64,000 nucleotides of DNA from the NCBI GenBank assembly GCA_046598345.1, contig JBKJIT010000003.1, forward strand, positions 73,023-137,022, written 5' to 3'. Each line of letters begins with the position of its first letter. Position 1 is the stretch's first letter. This DNA comes from Minisyncoccia bacterium (GTDB lineage: Bacteria; Patescibacteriota; Minisyncoccia; Phycocordibacterales; UBA918). A model generated the notes under the pieces. The model saw only the letters and a list, made by a program, of their open reading frames with translations. It did no database searches and had not been told where the DNA came from. Below are positions 48,957-59,951 of the stretch, piece by piece. Position numbers and translations under genes: made by a program.

Positions 48957-49484
48957 CTATACCGCTTGAAAACCGCCTGCAGTTGTAGTCTTCGCCTGAT
49001 GCGCGAGGCCGGCGTTCGTGACTTCGTCCGCCTGTTGCATCTGCGGTTCCTTCGGCTGCATCCACTCAGTGTTCATAAGCGACTGCACACAGCGCCGGAA
49101 CATCTTTGCCTTCCAGTACTGGGCGAGGGCAATCAGAACGTGCACGTGCACTGAGTCGACCGTTGCCGTGACAAGGTCGTTCGTTTCCGTCCGCATTCCG
49201 AACTGCTCGTGCACAAGTTCCGGAAACGCGTACTTGATGATCTCGGGCTTGATGTGTCCGAGTTCGTTGCGCAAAAGGGCTTGCACCTTTTCGGGTGTGA
49301 TGCCCTTGGCGTATGCTTCCTGTCGTGTCATTTCGCGCTTCGGGTTTGCGATCAGGTGGCGACAGCCGGCCTTGAACTCCGCCGGCACATCGGCGAAACA
49401 GGACGTCTTGGAGTCCACCAGGACGATTTGTTCGCCGCTGATCATGCCGATCACGAGCTCGAACTTTGGTGCTGTTTCCATCAA
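48957..49484 (-). CDS. Hypothetical protein encoded in a visibly GC-rich segment
   Basis: A 175-aa ORF. By eye, the local sequence is markedly GC-richer than its surroundings. No recognised motif. Confidence 0.4.
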   Translation of the reverse strand: MMETAPKFELVIGMISGEQIVLVDSKTSCFADVPAEFKAGCRHLIANPKREMTRQEAYAKGITPEKVQALLRNELGHIKPEIIKYAFPELVHEQFGMRTETNDLVTATVDSVHVHVLIALAQYWKAKMFRRCVQSLMNTEWMQPKEPQMQQADEVTNAGLAHQAKTTTAGGFQAV

Positions 49485-49812
49485 TAACTCCTTGGTTTGA
49501 ATGTACTTAGAACCTGCCGCTGTGGCAGGAGGGAAGGCTATAATACCTCATAATTTTGAATTGTCAATGCCATTCTAATTCTGTATTGCAAAATCCCTAG
49601 GCTTCTTGTACTATTGCGGGCACCGCATCGCGCTTTATCTGTGATTTTATACAGATATTCGTGATCGAGAGTTTTTGCTCTTTATATGCAGCGTGTACTA
49701 AGTGGTAAGGCAATGTTCTCGCGCCCTTTCCTCTCAGTGCTCGCAGACTCTTTTTATACAAAAAGGGTCGCAGTGCGGAATTATTATCTAAATTAATTAG
49801 TATTTACGTACT

Positions 49813-51009
<1,197 letters not shown>

Positions 51010-51046
51010 GCTTCGTGGCTTACCAGCATCGCTAAGAAAAAGTACT

Positions 51047-51412
51047 ATGACAACGAAAACAACAGCTGAACCAAAGAAGCGGAAAAAGGAAGCCGCAAGT
51101 GAGGAGATTCAAAAACTTCGCATTCGTGTGCGCGCATACGAACACAAGATCCTCGATGCGTCCGTAAAGCAGATCATTGATACTGCAATGCGATTTGATG
51201 CAAAGGTGATTGGCCCCATTCCACTTCCGACTGAGATTAAAAAATATACGGTGAACCGTGCTGCGTTCGTGCACAAGGATGCGCGAGAGCAATTTGAAAT
51301 GCGAATGCATAAGCGAGTCATCGATATTATGAATCCAGGCGCAAAAGTGATTGAGGCGCTGACGAATCTTTCACTGCCATCTGGCGTCAATATTGACGTA
51401 AAGATGATGTAG
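51047..51412 (+). CDS. rpsJ: 30S ribosomal protein S10
   Basis: QKLRIRVRAYEHKILDASVKQIIDTAMRFDAKVIGPIPLPTEIKKYTVNRAAFVHKDAREQFEMRMHKRVIDI. It has a Lys-rich N-terminal extension. The start was chosen at MTTKT. Confidence 0.9.
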   Translation: MTTKTTAEPKKRKKEAASEEIQKLRIRVRAYEHKILDASVKQIIDTAMRFDAKVIGPIPLPTEIKKYTVNRAAFVHKDAREQFEMRMHKRVIDIMNPGAKVIEALTNLSLPSGVNIDVKMM

Positions 51413-51559
51413 TAATTCGCCGAAATCGCGATCTGCTTTGTCAGGGCTGCGATAATTTGAAACTCGTCGTATGTTGAAATACGCCTTGTCTCAAATTTCT
51501 TGCCTTCCGCGCATATCATCGATTTCGAAAAATTACTTTTAAGTAGTTGTCATATCTCA

Positions 51560-51597
51560 CAAAACCCCGCGGCCGTGAGGCCGCGGGGTTTTGTGTT
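51560..51597 (+). terminator. Intrinsic terminator after rpsJ
   Basis: aaaaccccgcggccgtgaggccgcggggttttgtgttt. Confidence 0.7.
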
Positions 51598-51696
51598 TGA
51601 CTCAGCTTTGTTTGCTACAGTGTTAAACACAGGCAGTGTATTGCTCATAAGATATAAGAGGCGTATATTTCTGCTGTAGTTCTTTCTGGAAACCTT

Positions 51697-52098
51697 GTGA
51701 AGGGGCATCTCAAAATGCATGCGACAGTAGCAATACCGAATTCTGGTGCAACCCCTGAAGAAGCCGTTATCATCGACATGGGGCAGCATCCACAGGTCAT
51801 GTGGAAAATCACCAAGCATGGAATGTACGTGCAGCGGGGCTTCGACGATGACGCCACGTACTTCCTGGTAAAAGAAACAGGCGAAGAAGAGGAGATTAGT
51901 TCGAGCAAATACGAACAAGCCATCGTAGGCTGGGCACCGTACGTCTCGCAGGTACTGGGACCGAACACCATTGAAATCATAAAAAATGGTGTCCAAAAAG
52001 TACTTCGCATTAGTTTTTTCTTCAACGAATGCCGTGCAGGTCCGAAAGGAATTCATGTTCGGACAGGAGATCGTTTCTCACTCATTCTTGTGGAGTAG
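51697..52098 (+). CDS. Hypothetical protein
   Basis: A 133-aa ORF, followed by the gaaaagcgcaggcacgcctgcgcttttt terminator at 52110-52136. Confidence 0.4.
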   Translation: MKGHLKMHATVAIPNSGATPEEAVIIDMGQHPQVMWKITKHGMYVQRGFDDDATYFLVKETGEEEEISSSKYEQAIVGWAPYVSQVLGPNTIEIIKNGVQKVLRISFFFNECRAGPKGIHVRTGDRFSLILVE

Positions 52099-52208
52099 GA
52101 CAGAAGCAGAAAAGCGCAGGCACGCCTGCGCTTTTTACGTTGCGCAAAAATCTGTAATGATATAGCGTACACGTAGAGAAGTTTCCTTTAGAACACCTAA
52201 CGTGAAGG

Positions 52209-52736
52209 ATGCACATGAGCGGAGAAACGGTTATTCGCACGGAAACATTTTGGGAGCAGCTTGCAAAAGCGGCAACTGGCACGATACTTCCAGTGTTTGA
52301 AGGGGAAGCGAAAGCCTTCCGAATCGACCGAAAGGGAAGATTGTACCTCTTCATGGAGACAGGAGAGGTATTTCGTCTCGATGATTACTGCATCCTGCAA
52401 TCGTACGGGATGCATGCAGATTGTGCTGGGTGGTTTGTAGATCATCTGGATAATTTGTGCATCATTCGTAACGGTCAAGTTTTCTGCGTGTGGGAGAATG
52501 GGCATGAAGCATTTCTGCGTAATCTCACCCCGAACATGTGGGTCGCTGATGCAGTGCGGCCGTATACGTCTACAAAAGCTGGCTTCCTATATCAAGAGGA
52601 CGACGTAAAATTTGAAATCCCATGCCCCTCCGTTGATTTGTATCTCGCGTGCGACCTGGGGCTTATGTTTCGGAAAGGGAACACTTTTTCGTTCCTTGTT
52701 GTGAAGCCGGAGGAATTCAAATCAACAAAGTCTTAA
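52209..52736 (+). CDS. Hypothetical protein
   Basis: A 175-aa ORF, followed by an identical copy of the same terminator at 52752-52780. Confidence 0.4.
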   Translation: MHMSGETVIRTETFWEQLAKAATGTILPVFEGEAKAFRIDRKGRLYLFMETGEVFRLDDYCILQSYGMHADCAGWFVDHLDNLCIIRNGQVFCVWENGHEAFLRNLTPNMWVADAVRPYTSTKAGFLYQEDDVKFEIPCPSVDLYLACDLGLMFRKGNTFSFLVVKPEEFKSTKS

Positions 52737-52814
52737 AGGATGATGTACGAGGAAAGCGCAGGCACGCCTGCGCTTTTTTTATGATGAGTATGCATTATTT
52801 GGTATATTGATCGT

Positions 52815-53666
52815 ATGGCGAAACGACAACTCAAAAAGACATTTCACAGCACTCCGACTATTGAAGGTGCGGGGGTATATCTCAAACGCTGTTTTGGACA
52901 TCCCGAACTACCACAGTTTGATCCGTTTCTTATGTTCGATGATTTCTCGAATACGGAAGCTTCTGCATACGACGCGGGTTTCCCCACCCACCCACATCGC
53001 GGGATGGAAACGGTCACGTACATACTTGAGGGAGAGGTTGCGCACCGAGATAGTTTAGGGAATACAGGAAGTATTAAAAGCGGCGAAGTGCAGTGGATGA
53101 CCGCGGGAAGCGGCATTCTCCACGAAGAAATGCCCATAGTGCATGAAGGCGGTGTCCGTGGTTTCCAGCTTTGGGTGAATTTACCGCAGGAGCATAAGAT
53201 GATGCCGCCTCGGTACCAGGAAATTAAAGCCACTGAAATCCCGGTAGTTGAAAGCGGAGAAACGAAAATAAAAATAATCGCAGGGGAATACAACGGAGTG
53301 CACGGTCCTGTACAAGACCTTATGGTATCGCCGACGTACCTTGATGTAACCGTACCCGCACTCACACAATTTACCGCTCCAACACCTGAAGATCAGAATT
53401 TCTTTGTGTATGTTTTTGAAGGGCATCTTGCTTTTAGGGAAGAGCGCACCGAATCCTGGGTGGCTGCGGGCGACATTGGACTCCTTACGAAGGAAAAGGA
53501 ATTTACCGCAATGGCGGGATCAAAAGGTGCCCGCTTTTTGCTCATTGGCGGCAAACCCCTAAACGAGCCTATAGCCTGGCACGGACCAATTGTTATGAAT
53601 ACTGACGAGGAAATTAGAACTGCTTTGGAAGAATTGCAGAACGGAACATTTATAAAACATTCCTAA
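52815..53666 (+). CDS. Pirin family cupin protein
   Basis: HPHRGMETVTYILEG pirin motif. Bicupin length. Confidence 0.85.
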   Translation: MAKRQLKKTFHSTPTIEGAGVYLKRCFGHPELPQFDPFLMFDDFSNTEASAYDAGFPTHPHRGMETVTYILEGEVAHRDSLGNTGSIKSGEVQWMTAGSGILHEEMPIVHEGGVRGFQLWVNLPQEHKMMPPRYQEIKATEIPVVESGETKIKIIAGEYNGVHGPVQDLMVSPTYLDVTVPALTQFTAPTPEDQNFFVYVFEGHLAFREERTESWVAAGDIGLLTKEKEFTAMAGSKGARFLLIGGKPLNEPIAWHGPIVMNTDEEIRTALEELQNGTFIKHS

Positions 53667-54009
53667 GAAATAAAAAAACGGCTCAGTCCGGGAGAAAAAC
53701 TTCTCTCCCAAACTACGCCGTCGGTGCGCCTTACTGCTCGGTTTCCTTCCGTTGCCGCCGGACTAGGACTCGTTCATCAGGGTGAAAATGGTCGCATCGT
53801 ACGAATCGCATGTCACAACCGGTCCCTGCTTTGCACTTCGTTGGTGGAGGATGGGTTAGCTATCCTGATGGTTTAACGAAAAAACGCACGCATCCAGGTC
53901 TTTTGAAAACTGATCTTCCTTGTTTTTTTGTAAAGAATAGGTATACTCATGCGAGCTTTTTAAAGACCTATGTACGTTTCTGTCTTAGGGCGGATGCGGA
54001 CCAATGGGC

Positions 54010-54070
54010 ACAAAACCGTGACTTTTCAGTCTGCGAGCTTGTGCTCGTGACATGAAAAGTCACGGTTTTG
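54010..54070 (+). promoter_or_regulatory. 18-bp perfect inverted repeat (attenuator/terminator-like) 48 nt upstream of rplC
   Basis: caaaaccgtgacttttca...tgaaaagtcacggttttg, followed by ttttgtttt. It sits in a 450-nt non-coding leader (53667-54117). Confidence 0.5.
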
Positions 54071-54117
54071 TTTTGCACGGTCATACGAAAAGCCATTTAT
54101 AAGTTAGTTTCGACACA

Positions 54118-54738
54118 ATGAAGTTCATACTCGGAACAAAAGAGCGTATGACGCAGGTGTTCGGTGAAGACGGAGTGCTTCATCCAGCAACCATTTTGCG
54201 CGTTACTCCTGTCACCATCACGCAAGTGAAGGTACTCGGGAAGGACGGATACGCTGCAGTGCAGGTGGGGCAGGGAGCGCAGAAAGCGCACCGCACCACA
54301 AAGGCAGAGAAGGGTCACCTTGGCGCTTCATACAAAGAGGTTCGAGAGTTTCGACCTCGCGCTACACACAATGAATCAGTCGAAGGACTGGAGAAGGGTG
54401 CGACACTCGAGGCAGACGTATTTGCTCCCGGAGACATCATTACCGTTTCAGCAGTTTCGAAAGGTAAGGGATTCCAGGGTGTGGTAAAACGCTATAACTT
54501 CTTAGGAGGTCCGGCGAGCCATGGTATGAAGAACACACTTCGTACGCCAGGTTCTATTGGAGCAACAGGTCCACAGCGTGTTTTCAAAGGTACTCGTATG
54601 GCAGGACGTATGGGAAGTGATCGCGTCACCGTTAAAAATCTTAAGGTTTTGCAGGTTAACACAAAGGAGAATATGCTCCTCGTGTCCGGCGCAGTTCCTG
54701 GTCGAAAAGGTACCGTAGTAGAAGTTCGAAGCGTATAA
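54118..54738 (+). CDS. rplC: 50S ribosomal protein L3
   Basis: Canonical uL3 sequence. Confidence 0.93.
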   Translation: MKFILGTKERMTQVFGEDGVLHPATILRVTPVTITQVKVLGKDGYAAVQVGQGAQKAHRTTKAEKGHLGASYKEVREFRPRATHNESVEGLEKGATLEADVFAPGDIITVSAVSKGKGFQGVVKRYNFLGGPASHGMKNTLRTPGSIGATGPQRVFKGTRMAGRMGSDRVTVKNLKVLQVNTKENMLLVSGAVPGRKGTVVEVRSV

Positions 54739-54740
54739 GT

Positions 54741-55466
54741 ATGGCTAAAAAATCAACAACTGGAACATTGGAAGCGTCTGTCTACTCACAGGCAGGGAAG
54801 GAGGTTTCAAAAGTCTCTCTTCCTGAAAGCGTATTTGGTGTTGCATGGAATAATGACCTCGTTCACGAAGTCACCGTTTCAATGCAATCAAATGCACGTG
54901 GTGGACTCGCGCACACGAAGTTCCGTGGAGAGGTACGAGGAGGAGGTAAGAAGCCATGGCAGCAAAAGGGTACGGGTCGTGCACGTCACGGTTCGTCACG
55001 TTCTCCTATTTGGTCAGGAGGAGGTGTTGCGCTCGGTCCCCGTAACGTAAAGGATTACGGAAAGAAGATTAACCGAAGCGTTCGCGCGAAAGCGCTTGCA
55101 GCGGTCTTGTCACAAAAGTTTGCTGATGGAGAGATTCTCTTCGTTGATGCACTCTCATTTGGTACGCCAAAGAGCAAAGACGCAAAGAGCATGCTCACTT
55201 CACTTGGTACTATCTCGGGGAAGGAAAGTCTCGCAACTAAGCGATCAAATGCTGCACTCATCGTTCTTTCTGGACGGGATGAGAATACAGAAAAGAGTTT
55301 CCGAAACTTTGGAAACGTCATGGTGTCACAGATTAAGGATGTGAACCCGGTTGAATTACTCACGTATAAGTACGTTGTAGTCGCAAAACCTGAGGAGGCA
55401 ATTGAAACGCTCGTGAAGCGTGTAGCTGTCCGTAAGGCACGTAAGGTTGCAACGATTAAGAAGTAA
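54741..55466 (+). CDS. rplD: 50S ribosomal protein L4
   Basis: GGGKKPWQQKGTGRARHGS, the uL4 signature. Confidence 0.93.
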   Translation: MAKKSTTGTLEASVYSQAGKEVSKVSLPESVFGVAWNNDLVHEVTVSMQSNARGGLAHTKFRGEVRGGGKKPWQQKGTGRARHGSSRSPIWSGGGVALGPRNVKDYGKKINRSVRAKALAAVLSQKFADGEILFVDALSFGTPKSKDAKSMLTSLGTISGKESLATKRSNAALIVLSGRDENTEKSFRNFGNVMVSQIKDVNPVELLTYKYVVVAKPEEAIETLVKRVAVRKARKVATIKK

Positions 55467-55467
55467 C

Positions 55468-55839
55468 ATGGGATTATTTGGAAAAAAAGAGGCGAAAGCT
55501 CCCGTGGAAACGGAAGTGATAGCGCAAAAGAAGCAAACACCACAAAGGGCAACAGCACACTACACTGAAGGTGCAATTGTCCGCCCAAGGGTGACTGAAA
55601 AGTCTGCGCTCCTCATTGATAAGAACGTATACACGTTCGAGATCAAGAAAGGTGCCACAAAGTACGAAGTGCGCGATGCGGTGAAGTCACTTTTCAAGGT
55701 GACTCCAGTGAGTGTGCACATTGTGAATAGACCCGCACGAAAAAGTTTGTCTGCAACACGCGGTCGTCGTGTTACTCAGTCGGGATTACGAAAAGCGTAC
55801 GTCTACCTCAAAGAGGGAGACCGTATTGATTTGGTTTAG
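55468..55839 (+). CDS. rplW: 50S ribosomal protein L23
   Basis: VRPRVTEKSALLIDKNVYTFEIKKGATKYEVRDAVKSLFKV. Confidence 0.88.
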   Translation: MGLFGKKEAKAPVETEVIAQKKQTPQRATAHYTEGAIVRPRVTEKSALLIDKNVYTFEIKKGATKYEVRDAVKSLFKVTPVSVHIVNRPARKSLSATRGRRVTQSGLRKAYVYLKEGDRIDLV

Positions 55840-56006
55840 ATTATTATCAGTAAAGTAATTGAAGAGTGACAGTGAAAGAGAATATTTGGAATTTCTAATT
55901 CCTTACAGGAACTGTCCACTTATTGGATTTTTAAATAAAAAATCTCAATAAGTCTTGCGAAGTTCCAAGTATTCACTTCTCACGCTACGCTCATAAGAAA
56001 TTTGGC

Positions 56007-56855
56007 ATGAAAAAATTTAAACCAACATCAGCAGGGCGACGTGGCATGACAGTAATCTCGTATCGAGATGTACTCACAACTACAAAGAATGCCCCGCTCA
56101 AATCGCTCACGAAAGGGCGACGAAGTACGGGAGGAAGGAACAGTCAGGGTCGCACCACAAACCTCTATCAAGGAGGTGGAAATAAGCGAACCTATCGCGA
56201 CGTCGATTTCACGATGAACAAGAAGAATGTAGTCGCACGCGTTGAATCCATTGAGTACGATCCGTTTCGCACGGGATTCATTGCACTCGTCTGCTATGCA
56301 GATGGTGAGCGACGCTACGTTCTTGCACCAGACGGCATGGTAAAAGGGGATGAGTTTATTGTCTCAGAAGCGGCAAAGCCGAAGATGGGAAACAGACTTA
56401 CACTCGGAAACATTCCAGTTGGTACATTTGTCTCAAACATTGAGCTGAAGCCAGGAGCAGGTGGGCGCCTTGCACGTTCTGCAGGAAGCTATGCGGAAGT
56501 AGTTGCGCATGACGCAGGCTACACCCAGATCAAGATGCCATCGAGTGAAATTCGAAAGATTATTTCAACGGCATGGGCAACGATCGGTAAGGTATCAAAC
56601 GATGAGCACCAGCTCGTTACGCTTGGTAAAGCGGGACGCGCACGTTATCTAGGTCTCCGACCAAAGACACGTGGAAGCGCTAAAAACGCTGTTGATCACC
56701 CACACGGAGGAGGTGAAGGACGCGCACCGCGTGGACACAGACGAGCTCGAACGAAACAAGGTCGGCCAACAGGAAAAGGACAGAAGACACGAAGTCCAAA
56801 GAAATACTCGAACGTATTCATCGTTTCTCGCCGCAAGGTTGGAAAGCGAGGATAG
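56007..56855 (+). CDS. rplB: 50S ribosomal protein L2
   Basis: Canonical uL2 (GRNSQGRTT...HPHGGGEG). Confidence 0.94.
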   Translation: MKKFKPTSAGRRGMTVISYRDVLTTTKNAPLKSLTKGRRSTGGRNSQGRTTNLYQGGGNKRTYRDVDFTMNKKNVVARVESIEYDPFRTGFIALVCYADGERRYVLAPDGMVKGDEFIVSEAAKPKMGNRLTLGNIPVGTFVSNIELKPGAGGRLARSAGSYAEVVAHDAGYTQIKMPSSEIRKIISTAWATIGKVSNDEHQLVTLGKAGRARYLGLRPKTRGSAKNAVDHPHGGGEGRAPRGHRRARTKQGRPTGKGQKTRSPKKYSNVFIVSRRKVGKRG

Positions 56856-56873
56856 TCGGAGTGAAGGGACAGA

Positions 56874-56902
56874 AAAAAGCCCGCGCATGCGCGGGCTTTT
56901 TT
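56874..56902 (+). terminator. Intrinsic terminator after rplB
   Basis: aaaaaagcccgcgcatgcgcgggctttttt. Confidence 0.7.
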
Positions 56903-56911
56903 GTGCAGCAG

Positions 56912-57253
56912 CTAGAAAGAATGAAGCATTCGGCACCACATGTGTTCAGCGAACACAAACTTCTGGGGCTTTCTCATTTCACCCCCACGGTAGATGGAGA
57001 GAGTCATACGAGCAAGTCCACAATGTTCAGATCGCACCCAGAGATACGAATCGTGATCCAACATGTACCCATTGAGAGGAGACATTTGAACCTGTCGAAA
57101 TGTTACGTTCGACATGTAGAAACGCCACCTGTCTCGTGGCTCAAGATTTTCGGGTGATACTGAAGGTGCGTAAGAAACCATAAAACCGCATGGCATTTCC
57201 ACTACCCTCAGCACAAAATTTTGCTCGTCGAGCAATTGTCGGATGTTACTCAA
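56912..57253 (-). CDS. Hypothetical protein (TTG start)
   Basis: A 113-aa ORF with a GAGGAGG ribosome-binding site 5 nt upstream of TTG. It lies in a GC-richer segment. Confidence 0.3.
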   Translation of the reverse strand: MSNIRQLLDEQNFVLRVVEMPCGFMVSYAPSVSPENLEPRDRWRFYMSNVTFRQVQMSPLNGYMLDHDSYLWVRSEHCGLARMTLSIYRGGEMRKPQKFVFAEHMWCRMLHSF

Positions 57254-57371
57254 CGCGCCTCCTCATGTACGTGAACGATCAAACCAAAATATAACGACGA
57301 ATGGCGGATATGTCTAGGGTAGTTACGCACTAAAAAACCCGCGGTGTAGCCGCGGGTTTTGGAAAACTCAA

Positions 57372-57692
57372 TCATCGCCTCATCATGATCGTCGACCAGA
57401 TGTCGCAAGGAAATGTGTAGGCTGACGTGGCATCGCCCTTACTGAAAACATACAGAACGATGAAGTCGTTTTCCGTCACCCAGCTCCATTCGACAAGGGA
57501 AGAAGGATCAATAGCAGTGCCTGTTTCCATGTTTTCCTTCATGGCGCGGAATATCTCGAAAGGAATTCTCATGGAGACGTCGTATTCTCCCGAGATGATA
57601 ATTTGAATGTGCGCCCCCTCTGGTTGTACAAACACTCGGCACCTCGGAGTCTCTTGCCCTTGAATCTGATTTGTCGTCATGACTACCTCCAT
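57372..57692 (-). CDS. Hypothetical protein
   Basis: A 106-aa ORF, followed by a terminator at 57332-57361. Confidence 0.4.
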   Translation of the reverse strand: MEVVMTTNQIQGQETPRCRVFVQPEGAHIQIIISGEYDVSMRIPFEIFRAMKENMETGTAIDPSSLVEWSWVTENDFIVLYVFSKGDATSAYTFPCDIWSTIMMRR

Positions 57693-57819
57693 ACACTGAT
57701 CAACACAGAATATAGCGATTTATGTATGAGTTGTCGAGTAAATCGTATGCCATTGAAGTATTTGAATTATTCCAGTATCCTGCCTCTAGTAGCACCTTTA
57801 GTTTCTACGGGGGGACAAT

Positions 57820-58263
57820 ATGCAAAAGGTAATCGCAGTACGAAATGGCCGGAGCGATATTCAACATCTTACTGGAGACGGTATAGAAGAAATGCGAGCT
57901 CTCGCGGTGAAATTGAAAAATTTGATCCCACCGGGCTCGCCTACGCTTATTGTCACATCCCCACTTTCTCGAGCGCTCGAGTCGGCGAGAATCTTGGGTG
58001 AAGTGCTTCGCCAGGATGTTGTGACTTGCGATGTTCTCCAATTCGCAGCCTACCGGTTTGGAAACCAACTGAAGGTCGCGATTGAGGCTCAGGCCAGGCT
58101 CTACGACATTGTAATTGTGGTAACTCATGGCGAGTCGCCTTCAGGGATTCTGAACGCTTTCAAGCGAGAGCGTGGGGGATCAGCAGTGCTGAGGCAAACG
58201 ATTCCAGAAGGCACGGCACTCATAATGTCTCTGGACACTGGAATTTTTAACCCGATTCCGTAA
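57820..58263 (+). CDS. Histidine phosphatase superfamily protein (SixA/PGAM-like)
   Basis: VRNGRS (RHG-motif variant), LIVTSPLSRALESA and VVTHG. Terminator at 58289-58325. Confidence 0.65.
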   Translation: MQKVIAVRNGRSDIQHLTGDGIEEMRALAVKLKNLIPPGSPTLIVTSPLSRALESARILGEVLRQDVVTCDVLQFAAYRFGNQLKVAIEAQARLYDIVIVVTHGESPSGILNAFKRERGGSAVLRQTIPEGTALIMSLDTGIFNPIP

Positions 58264-58333
58264 CGAAGAACGAGTAGACGCTTGTGTACTCAAAGGCTGA
58301 CCCCCAGGTCAGCCTTTCCTTTTTCCCAATCTG

Positions 58334-58362
58334 TTGACAGATTCTCACGCTTCGCGTACTAT
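58334..58362 (+). promoter_or_regulatory. Promoter TTGACA-17-TACTAT driving rpsS and downstream r-protein genes
   Basis: Consensus -35 with a near-consensus -10. A ~150-nt leader precedes rpsS. Confidence 0.55.
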
Positions 58363-58516
58363 AGCCCCGTTCCACAGACTCCTGCGGTTGCAGGTAATTC
58401 AAGGACATCTACCTCTGAATTAGTGCAACACGCACCTGGTGGGATTCTCTTCTAGCGCTGGCCGTTACCTGCTGCTAGACGAGGTTCTCACCTCGCGCTT
58501 ACTAGCGATTTTCTCT

Positions 58517-58855
58517 ATGTCACGATCACTTTACAAAGGACCCTATATTCATCCTAAGCTTCTTAAGAAAGTGGAAGGAAAAAAGCCTGCGGACACAGGT
58601 GTTATTAAGACGTGGTCCCGTGCTTCAGTTATTTCCCCAGAAATGGTTGGTTTTACTTTTGGTGTACATAACGGCAAGACCCACGTATCTGTGTTTGTGA
58701 GCGAAGAAATGGTAGGACATCGTCTCGGTGAATTCTCTCCAACAAAGAAATTCATTCGTCACGGAGGTAAGATGCAGAAAGAGCTAGAGGTCAAAAAGAA
58801 AGAATCAGAAATTGCTGCAGCTAAGGCAGCAAAGGTTGCTAGCCCTGCGAAATAA
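58517..58855 (+). CDS. rpsS: 30S ribosomal protein S19
   Basis: [19 protein letters not shown]...[13 protein letters not shown], plus a Lys/Ala-rich C-terminal tail. Confidence 0.9.
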   Translation: MSRSLYKGPYIHPKLLKKVEGKKPADTGVIKTWSRASVISPEMVGFTFGVHNGKTHVSVFVSEEMVGHRLGEFSPTKKFIRHGGKMQKELEVKKKESEIAAAKAAKVASPAK

Positions 58856-58871
58856 CTTTTGAATTCCTATC

Positions 58872-59195
58872 ATGAAAGCAATGCTTAAAAACTATCGTCA
58901 GTCACCTCGCAAGGTTCGCCTTATTGCTGATCTCGTGCGTGGCAAGAAGGTAGCGAAGGCACTTGAGACACTCAAGTTCGTAAATAAGCGTGCATCAGAG
59001 CCGTTTTCTAAACTTATCGAATCTGCAGTTGCAAATGCAAAGACCGCAGGTGTTTCTATCGATACACTCATCATCAAGTCAGTTACCGTAAACAAGGGCA
59101 CCGTGATCAAACGATTTATGCCACGAGCACGTGGTACGGCAGCCCGAATCAACAAGCGAAATAGCCATATTCACGTCGAACTCGCGCAGAAATAA
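58872..59195 (+). CDS. rplV: 50S ribosomal protein L22
   Basis: uL22 sequence. Confidence 0.92.
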   Translation: MKAMLKNYRQSPRKVRLIADLVRGKKVAKALETLKFVNKRASEPFSKLIESAVANAKTAGVSIDTLIIKSVTVNKGTVIKRFMPRARGTAARINKRNSHIHVELAQK

Positions 59196-59214
59196 TTTTA
59201 TTTTGTAATACATC

Positions 59215-59937
59215 ATGACACACGTCGTACATCCATATGCGCATCGCCTCGGCATCATCCGTGATTGGAAATCACGCTGGTTTGCGACGACTCCGAAACA
59301 GTATCGTGAGTACATGCGCACCGACATTGCCGTTCGAAAGTATCTTGCAACGAAGCTTCGTGGCATGCACATTGCTAACATTGAAATTGAGCGCAACGAG
59401 AAGATGTATCGTCTCATAATCAGTACATCGAGACCTGGTCTCATCATCGGACGTGGAGGGGACGGTGCGACAAAGCTCAAGAAGGAAGTTGATCTCATCC
59501 TCCGTACGCTGAAGCTCACAGAGAAGCCAGAAGTCAAAATTGATATTGAAGAAGTACGTTCGCCTGAATCAAGTGCAGCTATTATCGGCCAAATGGTCGT
59601 TGAAGGACTTGAGAAGCGTATGCCATTCCGTCGCGTCATGAAGCAAACGGCTGAAAAAGTGATGGCGAATCGAGATGTGAAGGGTATTCGAATCATTGCC
59701 TCCGGACGTCTTGGAGGTGCTGAAATGGCACGTCGTGAGGAGACTAAGCGAGGACGAATCCCGCTGCAGACACTTCGCGCAGACATTGACTTTGCACGTG
59801 AGAAAGCAATCCTCCCGTATGGCTCTATCGGTGTAAAGGTATGGATTTACCGAGGGGATATCTTTGCTGATCGTAAGGTGAATTCTGAAGAGAGTACTGT
59901 TCGTGCAGAGCGTCGTAATCGTGATCGAGCGCAGTAA
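59215..59937 (+). CDS. rpsC: 30S ribosomal protein S3
   Basis: uS3 with a KH domain. Confidence 0.94.
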   Translation: MTHVVHPYAHRLGIIRDWKSRWFATTPKQYREYMRTDIAVRKYLATKLRGMHIANIEIERNEKMYRLIISTSRPGLIIGRGGDGATKLKKEVDLILRTLKLTEKPEVKIDIEEVRSPESSAAIIGQMVVEGLEKRMPFRRVMKQTAEKVMANRDVKGIRIIASGRLGGAEMARREETKRGRIPLQTLRADIDFAREKAILPYGSIGVKVWIYRGDIFADRKVNSEESTVRAERRNRDRAQ

Positions 59938-59951
59938 TTCTGAATTTTCAT

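Noticed and set aside
53700-53830. Possible SRP RNA or RNase P RNA in the pirin-rplC spacer (GGAAGGAAACCGAGCAG on minus, CAGTCCGGG on plus)
   Set aside because: Matches to the SRP domain IV consensus (GGAA tetraloop with AGCAGC) and to the RNase P P4 consensus (GGAAAGUCCGG) are only partial, and no consistent fold was found by hand. Left as an unexplained structured leader.
56861-57157. 98-aa plus-strand ORF after rplB
   Set aside because: It overlaps the better-supported minus-strand ORF 56912-57253, which has a ribosome-binding site, and it starts inside the rplB terminator.
58439-58516. Long N-terminal extension of the rpsS ORF
   Set aside because: The conserved S19 N-terminus ([10 protein letters not shown]) begins at 58517. 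The extension lies in the promoter and leader.
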